Source: Candidatus Omnitrophota bacterium (GTDB lineage Bacteria > Omnitrophota > Omnitrophia > Omnitrophales > Aquincolibacteriaceae). From it: a stretch of DNA of 64,000 bases. The notes beneath the pieces were generated by a model. The model saw nothing but the letters and a program-made list of their open reading frames with translations. It was not told the DNA's origin and ran no database searches. Location: positions 7,605-71,604 of the forward strand of contig JAYTHE010000011.1 of assembly GCA_043732705.1 (NCBI GenBank), given 5' to 3'. Each line of letters opens with the position of its first letter. Positions within the stretch are counted from its first letter, which is position 1. The position numbers were made by a program, and so were the translations under genes. Shown here piece by piece: positions 1 through 10,267 of this stretch.

Positions 1-45
1 TTTACCGTCTTTGCACATTTCACGACGCGCATTGATTTAATTTCT

Positions 46-1452
46 TTGAGATTTTTTATTATTCCACTTTACAGCTTCTGCATCACAAGCCTGGCGGTTT
101 TTACTGCGTTTAAATATTTTCTGGAAAGTTCCCGTCTTGCGCTTTTTTCAGTTTTTATGGTGATGATTTGCTCGGTGGGCTGCGTTGAAGACGCGCATGT
201 CCCATTCGCTATCTCAATTTATCTCGGTGTCATCATTCTCATGAGTCGAACTTTGGAGTCGAAAAATTTTTTTGCATGGCTGCTCACTCTGCTGATGATC
301 GCCCAGACCATGCTTTATGAAGCCATTGTCAGCGCAACATTCCTGGCAGGCCTCTCACTCGCCTCTCTTCTTATTTTGATCTGGAGAAAAAGATTCGAGC
401 CGCTCCTGACTGTAGTCTTGGGCGGACTACTGCTTATCATCGTACAAACATTTGCTGTGGGCAGAATCGCCGGAGGCGACGGTCACCATATTCTTGGCAT
501 TCAATTTCCATTCTTTGTCGGAGCAATTAAGGATTTCCCGATTTTGAAGGAAACTTTGCGCGGTCTTATCCAAGCTTATCATTCACAGCCATTAACCGGC
601 TGGCGCTTACCCCAATACATTCAATTACTAAGCCTTCCTTTTTTGGGGTTTGCTGCTGTTTTACTTTTTATTTGCCGGATGCACAACATCTCTGTTCTGG
701 CGATTCCACTATTACTTAAAAAACTGAAACATTTAAAAAACGAATCGGCTCCCTTGATCTTTATTCTGCCTGTCCTTGCGTTTGGATTGATGTTCCCCTT
801 AATATTCAGTTTCCCTTTTCTCTGGGCGGCATCTTTTCGAATTCTGTTCAACACTGTTTTTCTTCTGATTGGATTTGTTCCGCTTGCAATACAGATTTAT
901 TGGAAAAAATCGCGTCTGCACCAAGCTCTGATTTTCACCGCGATGCTTTGTCTTTTTATAATTCCAATAATAAAAACGCAACTGTATTTCAAAGAATACT
1001 CTTCTCAATACGGGGAAATCTCATCCAATGAAATGCAAATATTCAACTACTTACGAACCCAGACACCACCGGACTCCGTATTGATGCATCCTTTCATCGA
1101 TCACGATGTCCGGGACGCAAATAAAAATGGCCAAATTGCCTGGGTCTTTAAAGACCATTATTATTTTGGATCCGCTTTGGGCGGCCGGCGAGTTGTTCTT
1201 GAGGGTTCAAAACAAGGAATGATAAAGGAATCCACGAAATTAACTCCCGAACAGATTGAAACGATCATGTCGGATACTGCCGCTGTTTATACAACAAAAG
1301 ATGCCTCCCGGGCCCGGATGATTCTTGAAAAGTACCGCGTTTCATATTTATGGGTTCCTGCCAACAAGAGCCTGCAATTTCCACACACGCAAATTCTAAA
1401 ATCTGTCATTTCAAACTCTAAACATACTCTCTTCCAGGTTTTGAAGCGTTAG
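46..1452 (+). CDS. Polytopic membrane protein with a C-terminal soluble domain, possibly the C-terminal part of a GT-C-type glycosyltransferase. The frame stays open to the window edge (no in-frame stop from nt 1 to 45), so the real start may lie upstream.
   Basis: Many hydrophobic segments followed by a roughly 150-aa hydrophilic tail. The TTG at position 46 is the first start codon offered by the ORF track. The gene sits next to other GT-C-like genes. Confidence 0.35.
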   Translation: MRFFIIPLYSFCITSLAVFTAFKYFLESSRLALFSVFMVMICSVGCVEDAHVPFAISIYLGVIILMSRTLESKNFFAWLLTLLMIAQTMLYEAIVSATFLAGLSLASLLILIWRKRFEPLLTVVLGGLLLIIVQTFAVGRIAGGDGHHILGIQFPFFVGAIKDFPILKETLRGLIQAYHSQPLTGWRLPQYIQLLSLPFLGFAAVLLFICRMHNISVLAIPLLLKKLKHLKNESAPLIFILPVLAFGLMFPLIFSFPFLWAASFRILFNTVFLLIGFVPLAIQIYWKKSRLHQALIFTAMLCLFIIPIIKTQLYFKEYSSQYGEISSNEMQIFNYLRTQTPPDSVLMHPFIDHDVRDANKNGQIAWVFKDHYYFGSALGGRRVVLEGSKQGMIKESTKLTPEQIETIMSDTAAVYTTKDASRARMILEKYRVSYLWVPANKSLQFPHTQILKSVISNSKHTLFQVLKR

Positions 1453-1501
1453 CTTGCATTTTAAATAACTGATTTGCTATTCAAAACTATTTGGCGATAA
1501 T

Positions 1502-3124
1502 ATGCGCAACATTACTATGCACAATATACAGCCAAATCAAACAGAGCGTTCGCTTTCTCTTCCATCGCCTATCATCGTAGGGGTCTTACTTGCCATTATG
1601 TTTTTGCTGATGAATTTCAGCGGATGGCACAAAATTTTATCTTTTGATGAACCACATAATCTCCGTTACGGATATGACGTATTAACCAAAGGCCCTTTGG
1701 CGGAAACCGACGGACAGCGCATGCCTGTATTCGCGCTGCATGCTCTGGCATGTCGAAGTTACGCTTGCGATTGTGAAAAAACGATCGATCAACCTTGGCG
1801 CCTCTTTTGGATTCGTCTACCAAGCATGCTTTTCACCCTCGCTTTAGGATTCTTGGTTTGGTACTGGTGTCGACGTCTTTACGGAAGCAACGCCGCGCTC
1901 GGCGCGCTCTTCCTATTCGTCTTCAACCCCAACTTTATCGCTCACGGCAAAGAAGTGACTTCTGACACCATGACTTCGTTTTGGGTCGTTCTAACAATAT
2001 TCTTATTTTGGAAATGGCGCAGCACCGGCAAAGAAAAGTTTGTGTACTTTACCGCGCTTTCAATCGGTATTGCGATTATCACCAAACTCAGCTCGATCCT
2101 GCTTTTTGGTATTCTTCCGCTTATTCTTATTGCTCAAAAAATTTGGACCCGTGATTTCCACGTCACACTGACGGCAGCATTTAAAATATTAAAACAAACG
2201 GCCATCAGCCTTCTTCTTATTTGGCTTGTCATTAATGCCGCTTATTTATTTCAAGGCAGCTTTGAAAGTACGCGTTCTTTCGCGTGGCAAAGCCGCTTCT
2301 ATCAAAAAATTGCCGCAAAAGCGGACCTGCCAATCCCCTTGCCGCGGATCTTTGTTCGCGGCCTTGACTATTCGCATTTAATCTCCGAACACGCGGAGTA
2401 CGGGCGCGGAAACAACTACATTCTCGGCCAGCGCCACCGGAAAGGGCGCGACTATGCTTTTGCCGTCATGGTGCTGCTTAAAACACCTTTGGCTTTTTTT
2501 ATTTTCCTTCTGGCCTCTATCGCGATCTGGAAAAGAAAAGGTTGGCCCCAATCCAAAGAAATTCCTGGAATTTATCTTTGGATTCCGTTCGGCGTTTGGT
2601 TTGTATTTTTCAGCTCGCTTTGCGACATTCAGGTGGGGATCCGCTATATCTTGCCGGGGTATGTTTTTTTGATTATCTTCGCAAGCAAGATTTTTGCGTG
2701 CATGGAAACCAAAGCAAGATCTTCTTTTTTATGTGCCGCAGCCTTGTGGTATGCGCTTTCGACACTCTCCTATGGCCCGCATTCGATGTCCTATTTTAAT
2801 GAATTGATTGGCGACAGGATCAATGCTTATAAATATCTCGCTGACTCAAACTTAGACTGGGAAGACAAAAACTACTACATTAAAAAATGGGAAAAAGATC
2901 ATCCCGGGATTAAATACCAAACTCACCCGGAAGCCATGCGGAATCCGCAGCCGGGATTCTTTCTGATGCCTGCGAATTTTTATGTAGGAGTCATTGACGA
3001 AGACAAATATGCGTGGATACGCGGTTTCAAGCCTTTAGCCCATGTGACATACAGCCACTACCTGCTTTATATCGGCCCCGAAGAATTAGCCGAAGCGCTT
3101 AAAAAACATCCCATCCCAAAATAA
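1502..3124 (+). CDS. GT-C superfamily membrane glycosyltransferase (ArnT/PMT-like, GT39/GT83-type)
   Basis: 540 aa with an N-terminal multi-TM region and periplasmic loops carrying acidic residues (FDEPHNLRYGYD, VFNPNFIAHGKE), followed by a C-terminal soluble domain. This architecture is typical of polyprenol-phosphate-sugar-dependent GT-C enzymes. Confidence 0.55.
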   Translation: MRNITMHNIQPNQTERSLSLPSPIIVGVLLAIMFLLMNFSGWHKILSFDEPHNLRYGYDVLTKGPLAETDGQRMPVFALHALACRSYACDCEKTIDQPWRLFWIRLPSMLFTLALGFLVWYWCRRLYGSNAALGALFLFVFNPNFIAHGKEVTSDTMTSFWVVLTIFLFWKWRSTGKEKFVYFTALSIGIAIITKLSSILLFGILPLILIAQKIWTRDFHVTLTAAFKILKQTAISLLLIWLVINAAYLFQGSFESTRSFAWQSRFYQKIAAKADLPIPLPRIFVRGLDYSHLISEHAEYGRGNNYILGQRHRKGRDYAFAVMVLLKTPLAFFIFLLASIAIWKRKGWPQSKEIPGIYLWIPFGVWFVFFSSLCDIQVGIRYILPGYVFLIIFASKIFACMETKARSSFLCAAALWYALSTLSYGPHSMSYFNELIGDRINAYKYLADSNLDWEDKNYYIKKWEKDHPGIKYQTHPEAMRNPQPGFFLMPANFYVGVIDEDKYAWIRGFKPLAHVTYSHYLLYIGPEELAEALKKHPIPK

Positions 3125-3198
3125 CGCTTAGTTGCCCGGATCGAATTACAAGTAAGAATATTCAACTTGATCGGCAAAATCCTCTGTCTCAAAATAAA

Positions 3199-4116
3199 CT
3201 ACCCATAGATTTGATTTCTATCGAGCAAAACATGGGAATCGACAAGTGCGTTTACGCTCTCTCCAGCGTATTCGCCAAAAATTAAAACTAAGTAATAGTC
3301 AGATCGGGATGGATGAAAATCGCACAATTCAACATCAAAGTCAGTAACTGCATAACCATACTGTTTAAAGTACCCTGAATAATTATGGCACCACGCCGTG
3401 CTATACCCCATATGCTTTGACCATAGCTTGGCATCATTTTTTTGTAAATACCCATTACAGTTCGTGTCAAAAATTGAAACATATTTTACATTCGCCTTTT
3501 TAAACGCTTCAAAGTAGGCACATAATTCCTTCGGCAGAGCATGAAGTAATGCCTGTGAAGAAAAAACCATATCAACATCACCCAAAGTTTTGAATGTATC
3601 CAACGGATATCCTTTTAAGTATTTCACATTGGAATAAATATTACATCCGACAGCCTGGTCCACCAAAAAATCCAACCCTATAAACTCAATATTCGGAAAT
3701 TCCTTTGCCAAAACATCCAAACGAACACCATTGGCACATCCAATATCAACAATCCGCTTAGGCGCCTTACTTTTCACCTGCGCTTTTAACCGTTCAATGT
3801 AATTTGCAATAACCTTCCCGTGAAAATTCTGTTTCTGATAAAAATCTTTTTGCCAAAACCCATTATCACCGACCCCATCAGTATAAAGTTGCTGCAGGTC
3901 AAAAGCAGCCCGGTCTTTGTCATGATTTTTTATGACATAGGCAACATCCATCAACATGTTTTCGAAAATGACAAATTTAATATGTTTTCTGTTTTTTAGG
4001 ACTTTAAAGTAAAGAAACAGCAGCAATTCTTTAGGGTATGTATAAAAAAGCTTCATAATCAACGACAACTTTTTAGCCTCAAATGAAATGACAGTCTTTT
4101 CAACATTAACGCTCAT
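3199..4116 (-). CDS. Class I SAM-dependent methyltransferase
   Basis: Motif I resembles the glycine-rich SAM-binding motif (KRIVDIGCANGVRLDVL, followed by IEFIGLDF). Confidence 0.7.
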   Translation of the reverse strand: MSVNVEKTVISFEAKKLSLIMKLFYTYPKELLLFLYFKVLKNRKHIKFVIFENMLMDVAYVIKNHDKDRAAFDLQQLYTDGVGDNGFWQKDFYQKQNFHGKVIANYIERLKAQVKSKAPKRIVDIGCANGVRLDVLAKEFPNIEFIGLDFLVDQAVGCNIYSNVKYLKGYPLDTFKTLGDVDMVFSSQALLHALPKELCAYFEAFKKANVKYVSIFDTNCNGYLQKNDAKLWSKHMGYSTAWCHNYSGYFKQYGYAVTDFDVELCDFHPSRSDYYLVLIFGEYAGESVNALVDSHVLLDRNQIYG

Positions 4117-4301
4117 CAGATCTCCATAAAATTTAATCGATCTTTTTTTAGAAACTGACGCTATTTAAGCCATAGACCCAAGAAATTCTAGAGATCTGGG
4201 CGCAGGATTATATAGGGTATAACCCTACCTGCCCATGGAAAATTGCTTGGTGGGTAGAAGATTAGGCAAAGGAAGAGCGTGATCGAAGTGAGTAAACATT
4301 T

Positions 4302-6155
4302 TTAGTTCAAAGTATAGAGCGTATAAACATACCGCAAGTCTTGAATGTTCTGCGACTCAAGGCTTGTTTCTTTTCTAGCCAATACAGTATCTGCCAGAAG
4401 AAGGTCCATCGGCCGATTACGCAACACATTTGTTGTAACAAGCGGTGCCATATCTAAAACATGAGTAATCCCATTGTCTTTGAGAATCCGCGCCATCTCA
4501 CCGGGAGTTTGAACGGATTTATATTTCGTACGAACATCAAAATCATAATCCAATACGACCGCGCGATCGAAATAAAAAAGGCGCGGCTCCTCTAAAACTA
4601 ATATCTTTGACGCGAGTGGCAAATGCTGGTTCATCCAACGCGCCACGGGGATGGTGCGTTCCATCTTCTCGAGATATTTTTCCATACTCCAAACTCTTAA
4701 AAGCGGCCGGAATTGATAGCGAAAATGATACACCGACAGGCTTAAGAGGGACATAGTTAGCAGCACTGCGGAAATTTTAAGCAGCTTTAAAATAAGCAAT
4801 TGCCTATTTGCTGTTTTTTGAAAAGCGCTTACGCCCATTGCTCCCGCCAGCAAATAGATCGGCAGCGTAGGAAGCAAGTAACGGACATTTTGTCCCGTAA
4901 AATACCAAAAGGTTGTAAATAAAAGCGCAAAGAGTAAATGCGGCCGCGCGGATTTAATCTTTACAGCGGCATAAGCCGCGAACGGCAAAATCAATAAATA
5001 AAAAGGGCCGACCCAATGATGATAATCAAAATATCGCGGCCGGAAAGTAATATCCAAAGGCAGCCCCAGAAAAGTCCAAACTGACCTTGGCAGCCCCATT
5101 CCGTGAAAGTAGATGGAAGAAAATAACGAAAAGTCTTCTGTGCCAAACAAAGATCCGAGATACGGGTAAACAGGATTACCGGTAAAAATCCAAGCCCGGA
5201 GAAACCAAAAGCCGGAAGTCGCGAATACGCCCAGCGATAAATATATTCCCGCGATAAAAGCCCTTTTTCTTTCCGCCCGAACAAATAACCTTAACGCCAG
5301 CATGATCATAATCGAAAAAAAAGCGGCCATGGCCAAATATCGCGCCGCGACGGCCATGCCGATAAACAATCCCCCGTAAAAGAAATCGGATGGCTTCAAG
5401 TCTTTCATTTTTCCGACTGTCATAAAATAGCCCAGCACGACAAACAGGGAAACTCCGGCGTCAATATAAGTGGTCGTGATTTGATTCAGCATCGTCGGTG
5501 TCAGCCATAGCATCAAACCAAAAAAGAATGCTGTTTTTTTACTGTGTGTGCTTTCTTCAATTTTAATCACAAGCGTGAGCATTAACAGTAAACCGCACAG
5601 CCAATGAAATAATTTAGAAATGGCGACATTCTTAAATAACATGCCTGAGGCATAAAAAACATTCATGAGCAGCGGCCGGTAGGACGCAATATCCAGATAG
5701 CTAGGCGTGAATGATGCGTTTTTAGCAAAAAGTTTTGCAAGATAAAGTTGAATGGAAAGCGCGTCGTTTGAAATTTCAGGAAGAAAGCAGAGCGATAAAG
5801 TAAACAGCAGCACTGCGATCAATGACCACTGAAAAAAAATCGCAAAGCCGCCTTTTTCTTCAAACAAAAAAGTAAAACTATTTTTTAGCCAACGAAAAAA
5901 TTCAATTAATTTTTTCCCGGAAATAGCCAAGGCAAAAGCTAAAATTACAAAAATAATCCACGAGTTAAACTGATTGAACAGGCCGCTAAAAATAAGCAAA
6001 TGCGCGTAGACCGCAAGCCCCAGCCCAATCCGCAAAATTCCGGAAAAGAGAAGAGTTTGTTCACGTAGTCGAAAACCGGCAAGCGACCCGCTGCCCCAAA
6101 GAGCCGGAAGCAGAAGCAGCCAGAAAAATACGGCAAATAACGCTGACTGCATCAT
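4302..6155 (-). CDS. Large polytopic membrane protein, probably a GT-C-type glycosyltransferase
   Basis: 617 aa with more than 10 predicted TM helices followed by a roughly 200-aa soluble C-terminal domain. It lies in a run of GT-C/YfhO-like genes. Confidence 0.4.
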   Translation of the reverse strand: MMQSALFAVFFWLLLLPALWGSGSLAGFRLREQTLLFSGILRIGLGLAVYAHLLIFSGLFNQFNSWIIFVILAFALAISGKKLIEFFRWLKNSFTFLFEEKGGFAIFFQWSLIAVLLFTLSLCFLPEISNDALSIQLYLAKLFAKNASFTPSYLDIASYRPLLMNVFYASGMLFKNVAISKLFHWLCGLLLMLTLVIKIEESTHSKKTAFFFGLMLWLTPTMLNQITTTYIDAGVSLFVVLGYFMTVGKMKDLKPSDFFYGGLFIGMAVAARYLAMAAFFSIMIMLALRLFVRAERKRAFIAGIYLSLGVFATSGFWFLRAWIFTGNPVYPYLGSLFGTEDFSLFSSIYFHGMGLPRSVWTFLGLPLDITFRPRYFDYHHWVGPFYLLILPFAAYAAVKIKSARPHLLFALLFTTFWYFTGQNVRYLLPTLPIYLLAGAMGVSAFQKTANRQLLILKLLKISAVLLTMSLLSLSVYHFRYQFRPLLRVWSMEKYLEKMERTIPVARWMNQHLPLASKILVLEEPRLFYFDRAVVLDYDFDVRTKYKSVQTPGEMARILKDNGITHVLDMAPLVTTNVLRNRPMDLLLADTVLARKETSLESQNIQDLRYVYTLYTLN

Positions 6156-8485
6156 GTGTTTTTAAACGTAAACGGATTATAGCGGAATGTAATTTTATAT
6201 TTCCCCGGAGCCGGAAGCCATAATGCTCGAAAAAGCCCGTCAGCCTTTAAAATCGGAACGCGTTTTCCGTCAACCAATGCCTGCCATCCCGTAAAATAAG
6301 TTTCCGGAGTGACAAAAAAACCGGCTCTATCGGATTCAACTTCCCACTCAGAAAAATCATCCGACTGTCTTAATAAAGTAATCTGTGCCCTCGCCTCGCT
6401 CATATCCGTGTTTTCGGCATAAGCTACTTTTAGAATTTCATTTTTTTCCAAAAGCAATGTCCGGCGCGGATCAAAAGCGGGCGCCATAAGCTGCGCGCGC
6501 AAATCGTCCCAAGACTCAATAATATTAACTTTTTTAATAAAATAAGCCGGCTTATGCAGCCCCTTATTTTCATATAGATACCCTTCATCGTCGTTGGCAA
6601 TTAATGTCAACGAAGGCGCCGAAAGAACCCTCGCGCTTAGTACATGCGAGACATTCATAAAATTCAATAAAGGCAGGCGCTCCAGGAAATATTCCGGCGG
6701 CGGAGATTCTTGATAATTAGAATCGTTCACATTCCCCAAAAGTCCGATGGTCTGAAAATAACGCGAAAGCACAAAGGGCGAATAAACACCGGCATCTTCC
6801 ACTCCGTAAAGCATGTTTTGGCTTGGAACAAGCGGCAGGCGCTCTCCCAAAGAACGAAATCCGTATATCTTTTGTAATCTGCCAGCCTGCTTTTCAGCAG
6901 CCAATGTCTTGAGGATGGCGGTTGACTTAAAAGTTGTCTTATATGTTGAAAAATCAAGGCGGATATCAATTGCGGATAAGGCGTAAAGATCGATCAATAT
7001 AAAACAAAGGCTGAAAATTAAAATTCCTTTTGCAAGTGGTTTTTTCAGAAAGAGAAAAACAATGATCAAACTGACGGCCAACAAGCCAAAATTAAATATA
7101 TTGTGGGGATTAGCCCAGTTGAGATAACTCAATAAGAGATCGGGATAGGCTCTTACATTCGTCAGGTAACTCTCGAGAGAATGCGGATGTCCGGGCTGAG
7201 CGTAAACATACCGCTGAATGTAAAAATCGCCGGCACGGATTAACATGTCTTTTCCGAAGCGGAGCACTAAATTAAAAACGACGGTTAAACCCAAAAACAC
7301 CCCGGTGATCCAAAAATAAATCCGGGCGGCTTTTTTGACAATGTTCTGAGTCGCCTGCCCATTCCACATTTGCTGAAACCCCATCGCGGCAATCATGGCG
7401 ATGCCAAAACAAATAAAAACAAGAAACTTGGCGGGAATCCGGAAGGAGTAAAACTTGGTTACTTTGATAATCAAAACGTATAAGGGGCTCCAGCGCCCCA
7501 AAGCCAAAAGCAATACCATTAAACTCACGGAGCACCAAAGGCGGAATATTTGCCGGCGGCGGACATCGGGCGAGCAAAATGCAACGAGCATGAAAAAAAA
7601 CGATAAAATCCCGGCGTATAAATTATTGCCGCGCAAAATAAGCGAAATATACGGGTTAATTAAAGTGCCCAGAGCCAGCGGTGACATCGATCCGACATAA
7701 GCATATCCTTCCGCCAGTCCGATACGGTTCGACTGGACCGCTAATTGAAATGTCAAATAAATTTGGGGAGCGGCAAACATCAATGCCGCCAATCCCGCGC
7801 AAACCAGCATAAAGAAAGCTACGGTTCGCTTATACCCGCTCAGTTTCTCATCGGGGAAAATAAAGAGCCGCAGAAGCGCATAAGCCGCAAAAACTCCCCA
7901 GGTTAAAATAGCAACCTGAAGATACCCGGCAATCAGCGACTGGCTGACCACCACCGCCAAAATCAAAAGAAATCGCCGCTGCGAACCTGCTAAATATCTT
8001 TCCAATAGCCAAAGGCCCACCGGAAACCATGCCACTGTTTTGAGCGAGGTCATATTATAAAATGCGCCGCCGTAAGCCGCTCCGAACACAAAAATGACCG
8101 CGGCCAAAAATGCAGACAGAGCGTTTAATTTTACCTGCTTAGCATAAAGATAGGTCCCCCAGCCCGCAATCAGCCAATGCAAAAGATTCATATAGGAATA
8201 CGCCGCCTTAAATGGCAGTAAAAAGAAAAGGATTAAATTCGGAATATAAAAAATTCCGATTTGTCCTTCAGCGGCAATCGGAAAACCGCTATGGATGGCG
8301 TTTGTCCAAAACGGCAAATGGAAAGATTTAATTGAGGTCGCCAGCAAAAATGCCCAGGGGCAATGCTGCTCAAGATGATCGCCTGTTAATGGCGCAGATA
8401 CTACAAAAACTAATTCCGGGAAAAAAACAAAAAGGAGCGCCAGAAGTCCTAAAAACGCAAAGGTATCTTTTCGTTCAGAGGTCAT
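6152..8485 (-). CDS. YfhO-like polytopic membrane protein (family implicated in periplasmic glycosylation of polymers)
   Basis: About 780 aa with many TM segments and an N-terminal region of the YfhO type (FLLATSIKSFHLPFWTNAIHSGFPIAAEGQIGIFYIPN). The start was trimmed from the ORF-track 8587 to the internal Met (MTSERKD...) to remove a 77-nt overlap with the upstream gene. Confidence 0.45.
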   Translation of the reverse strand: MTSERKDTFAFLGLLALLFVFFPELVFVVSAPLTGDHLEQHCPWAFLLATSIKSFHLPFWTNAIHSGFPIAAEGQIGIFYIPNLILFFLLPFKAAYSYMNLLHWLIAGWGTYLYAKQVKLNALSAFLAAVIFVFGAAYGGAFYNMTSLKTVAWFPVGLWLLERYLAGSQRRFLLILAVVVSQSLIAGYLQVAILTWGVFAAYALLRLFIFPDEKLSGYKRTVAFFMLVCAGLAALMFAAPQIYLTFQLAVQSNRIGLAEGYAYVGSMSPLALGTLINPYISLILRGNNLYAGILSFFFMLVAFCSPDVRRRQIFRLWCSVSLMVLLLALGRWSPLYVLIIKVTKFYSFRIPAKFLVFICFGIAMIAAMGFQQMWNGQATQNIVKKAARIYFWITGVFLGLTVVFNLVLRFGKDMLIRAGDFYIQRYVYAQPGHPHSLESYLTNVRAYPDLLLSYLNWANPHNIFNFGLLAVSLIIVFLFLKKPLAKGILIFSLCFILIDLYALSAIDIRLDFSTYKTTFKSTAILKTLAAEKQAGRLQKIYGFRSLGERLPLVPSQNMLYGVEDAGVYSPFVLSRYFQTIGLLGNVNDSNYQESPPPEYFLERLPLLNFMNVSHVLSARVLSAPSLTLIANDDEGYLYENKGLHKPAYFIKKVNIIESWDDLRAQLMAPAFDPRRTLLLEKNEILKVAYAENTDMSEARAQITLLRQSDDFSEWEVESDRAGFFVTPETYFTGWQALVDGKRVPILKADGLFRALWLPAPGKYKITFRYNPFTFKNT

Positions 8486-8510
8486 CGGATAACGGCCGCG
8501 TAGTTTTGGC

Positions 8511-9506
8511 TTAAACTCGTGACCACGATGGGGGCAAATTGATTTTAACTTCGATGTTTTTAAATTCCTGGCTTTTCTTGGCGCCATTCTTCTGCGCCCA
8601 AGCCACCATGCGTGAAAGGCCTTCGCGCAAAGTAACGGGCTTGCCTGTCTTGAAAGTTTTATGAGCCTTCGAATGATCGGAATAGGCCTCGTCCACCTCG
8701 TTGCGCTTATCCAGATATTTTATATTCGGCTTCACGTTGAAACAGGCCGACACTTCTTTCGCTAAATCATTAACCGTATCGGGAGTATCCGCGCCGATAT
8801 TAAACGCTTGATTGTAAGCCTCGGGAACAGTAATTGACCTGGCAATGACAGGCGCGACATCATCAATGTACGAAAAAGCTCTTTTTTGGTTTCCGTCTCC
8901 AAAGATTGTCATTGGCTTACCTTTCATGATTTGATTCATGAAAATGCCGACCACATTGCGATATTTGTCACCGATATTTTGTTTTTCGCCGTAAACATTA
9001 TGTGGACGGAAAACAATACTGTTTAAGCCGAACATCTCATGTGCGACTTTTAAATCCTGTTCAACGGCGTACTTCGCGATTCCATACGGATCTTCAGGCT
9101 GCGGGACCATGTCTTCCGACATCGGCAGCTGATTTTTGCCATAAACCGCGATTGAAGAAGTAAAAACGAAACATTTAACCTTGTGAATAATCGACAAATT
9201 GATCAAGTTCACCGAACCAATCAAATTATTCTCATAATTAAAACGGCGGATAAAGTGGCTTAAACCTTCCGCGGCGTATGCGGCGAGATGAAAAACATAT
9301 TCAAATTGATGACGTTCAAAGAGTTTCGTGAGCAATGCATAGTCCACAATGCTGCCTTCTATGAATTCCGCTCCGGCAGGAACATTTTCTTTAAAACCGC
9401 CGCTCAAATCATCAAGGACACAAACCTGATGCTTTGCGTTGAGCAATGCTTCCGCGACATGCGCTCCGATAAATCCGGCGCCGCCTGTAACAAGGACTTT
9501 TGCCAT
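8511..9506 (-). CDS. NAD-dependent epimerase/dehydratase (extended SDR; UDP-sugar 4-epimerase-like)
   Basis: N-terminal Rossmann motif VLVTGGAGFIGAH, a YxxxK motif (YGIAKYAVE), and a length of 331 aa. Confidence 0.8.
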   Translation of the reverse strand: MAKVLVTGGAGFIGAHVAEALLNAKHQVCVLDDLSGGFKENVPAGAEFIEGSIVDYALLTKLFERHQFEYVFHLAAYAAEGLSHFIRRFNYENNLIGSVNLINLSIIHKVKCFVFTSSIAVYGKNQLPMSEDMVPQPEDPYGIAKYAVEQDLKVAHEMFGLNSIVFRPHNVYGEKQNIGDKYRNVVGIFMNQIMKGKPMTIFGDGNQKRAFSYIDDVAPVIARSITVPEAYNQAFNIGADTPDTVNDLAKEVSACFNVKPNIKYLDKRNEVDEAYSDHSKAHKTFKTGKPVTLREGLSRMVAWAQKNGAKKSQEFKNIEVKINLPPSWSRV

Positions 9507-10255
9507 TAGCCGACCTTGACTGTTTTAATTTCAAATGCCTTTTGCTTCCAAATGCCGAGCTTATGCAAAGTATAATGGAAAACCGTAACCATAATCATAC
9601 AGCCATATTTAACCGCTTTTTTGAAAGGCATCTGAGAATTTTCATCTTCATAACGCGTTTGATGCGCGATTTCAGCAATTCTGGCGTGCCGGATTGCGGC
9701 TTGAATCATGATATCGGTATCGAAGTCAAATTTATCGCTTAATAAATCAAGCGGAATACGTTCAAGAAACTGCGCTGTGAACGCGCGATAACCGTTGTGA
9801 TAGTCGGTAATATTAGTTTTAAACGTAAAGTTTTCAAGCCATGTCAAAAAACGGTTGGGAATATATTTCCAAAGCGGCATCCCATTTTTAAGTACATCGC
9901 CAAGAATCATACGGCTGCCCGTGACCACGTCATAACCTTCTTTTAATTTGGCAACGAATTGAGGAACCAGCGAAGGATCATATTGATTATCGCCGTGAAC
10001 CATAACGATATAAGTGGCTCCGCGTTTAATGGCTTCGCGATAACCTGTTTTTTGAACCGCGCCATAACCATAGCTCTTGTCATGCGAAACCACCGAAAGG
10101 CCTAATTGCCGCGCAACATCCGCCGTATTGTCCGTACTGCCGTCATTAATCAAAATAATTTCATCAACGGAACCCTTCGGAATCGCCGCGATGGTCTTGG
10201 GCAACACAGCGGCCACATTGTGAGAAGGCATAATAACCATAACTTTTTCGCTCAT
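9506..10255 (-). CDS. GT2 glycosyltransferase, polyprenol-phosphate sugar synthase-like (DPM1/GtrB type)
   Basis: IMPSHNVAAVLPKTI followed by ILINDGSTDNT, then a DXD region (HGDNQYD) and a VVTGSR motif. The small 249-aa size is typical of this group. Confidence 0.7.
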   Translation of the reverse strand: MSEKVMVIMPSHNVAAVLPKTIAAIPKGSVDEIILINDGSTDNTADVARQLGLSVVSHDKSYGYGAVQKTGYREAIKRGATYIVMVHGDNQYDPSLVPQFVAKLKEGYDVVTGSRMILGDVLKNGMPLWKYIPNRFLTWLENFTFKTNITDYHNGYRAFTAQFLERIPLDLLSDKFDFDTDIMIQAAIRHARIAEIAHQTRYEDENSQMPFKKAVKYGCMIMVTVFHYTLHKLGIWKQKAFEIKTVKVG

Positions 10256-10267
10256 ACAACGAACTCC

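Noticed and set aside
621-1008. Short antisense ORFs (77 and 69 aa) inside the first membrane-protein gene. There are many similar 60- to 160-aa ORFs on the opposite strand of large genes throughout (for example 7272..7577, 13596..13995, 17346..17819, 28320..28715, 42672..43106, 48528..49028).
   Set aside because: All are fully embedded in long, well-supported genes on the other strand. They have low-complexity or Arg/Ser-rich compositions typical of antisense frames, and no motifs. They are treated as spurious.
1492-1506. Sigma-54-like TGGCG...TGC element upstream of the 1502 gene
   Set aside because: The GG-to-GC spacing is 9 rather than 10 nt, and the '-12' element actually overlaps the ATG start codon, so this is a chance match.
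3125-3198. Imperfect inverted repeat (TTGCCCGGATCGAA...TTGATCGGCAA) between convergent genes, as a possible bidirectional terminator
   Set aside because: The stem is imperfect, the loop is long (about 25 nt), and there is no flanking T/A tract, so this is too weak to call.
8486-8587. N-terminal extensions proposed by the ORF track (YfhO-like 8486..8587; also 14365-gene to 15741, ADH to 28948, TktC to 32146, GT2 to 40756, gmhA to 35462, Nudix to 56621, lptD to 49376)
   Set aside because: Each extension overlaps the upstream gene by 40 to 130 nt and precedes a Met with a far more typical N-terminus (for example MKAAVL for the [13 protein letters not shown] for GT2, MRNAFAKEL for TktC). Starts were trimmed accordingly. 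The exact start codons remain uncertain.
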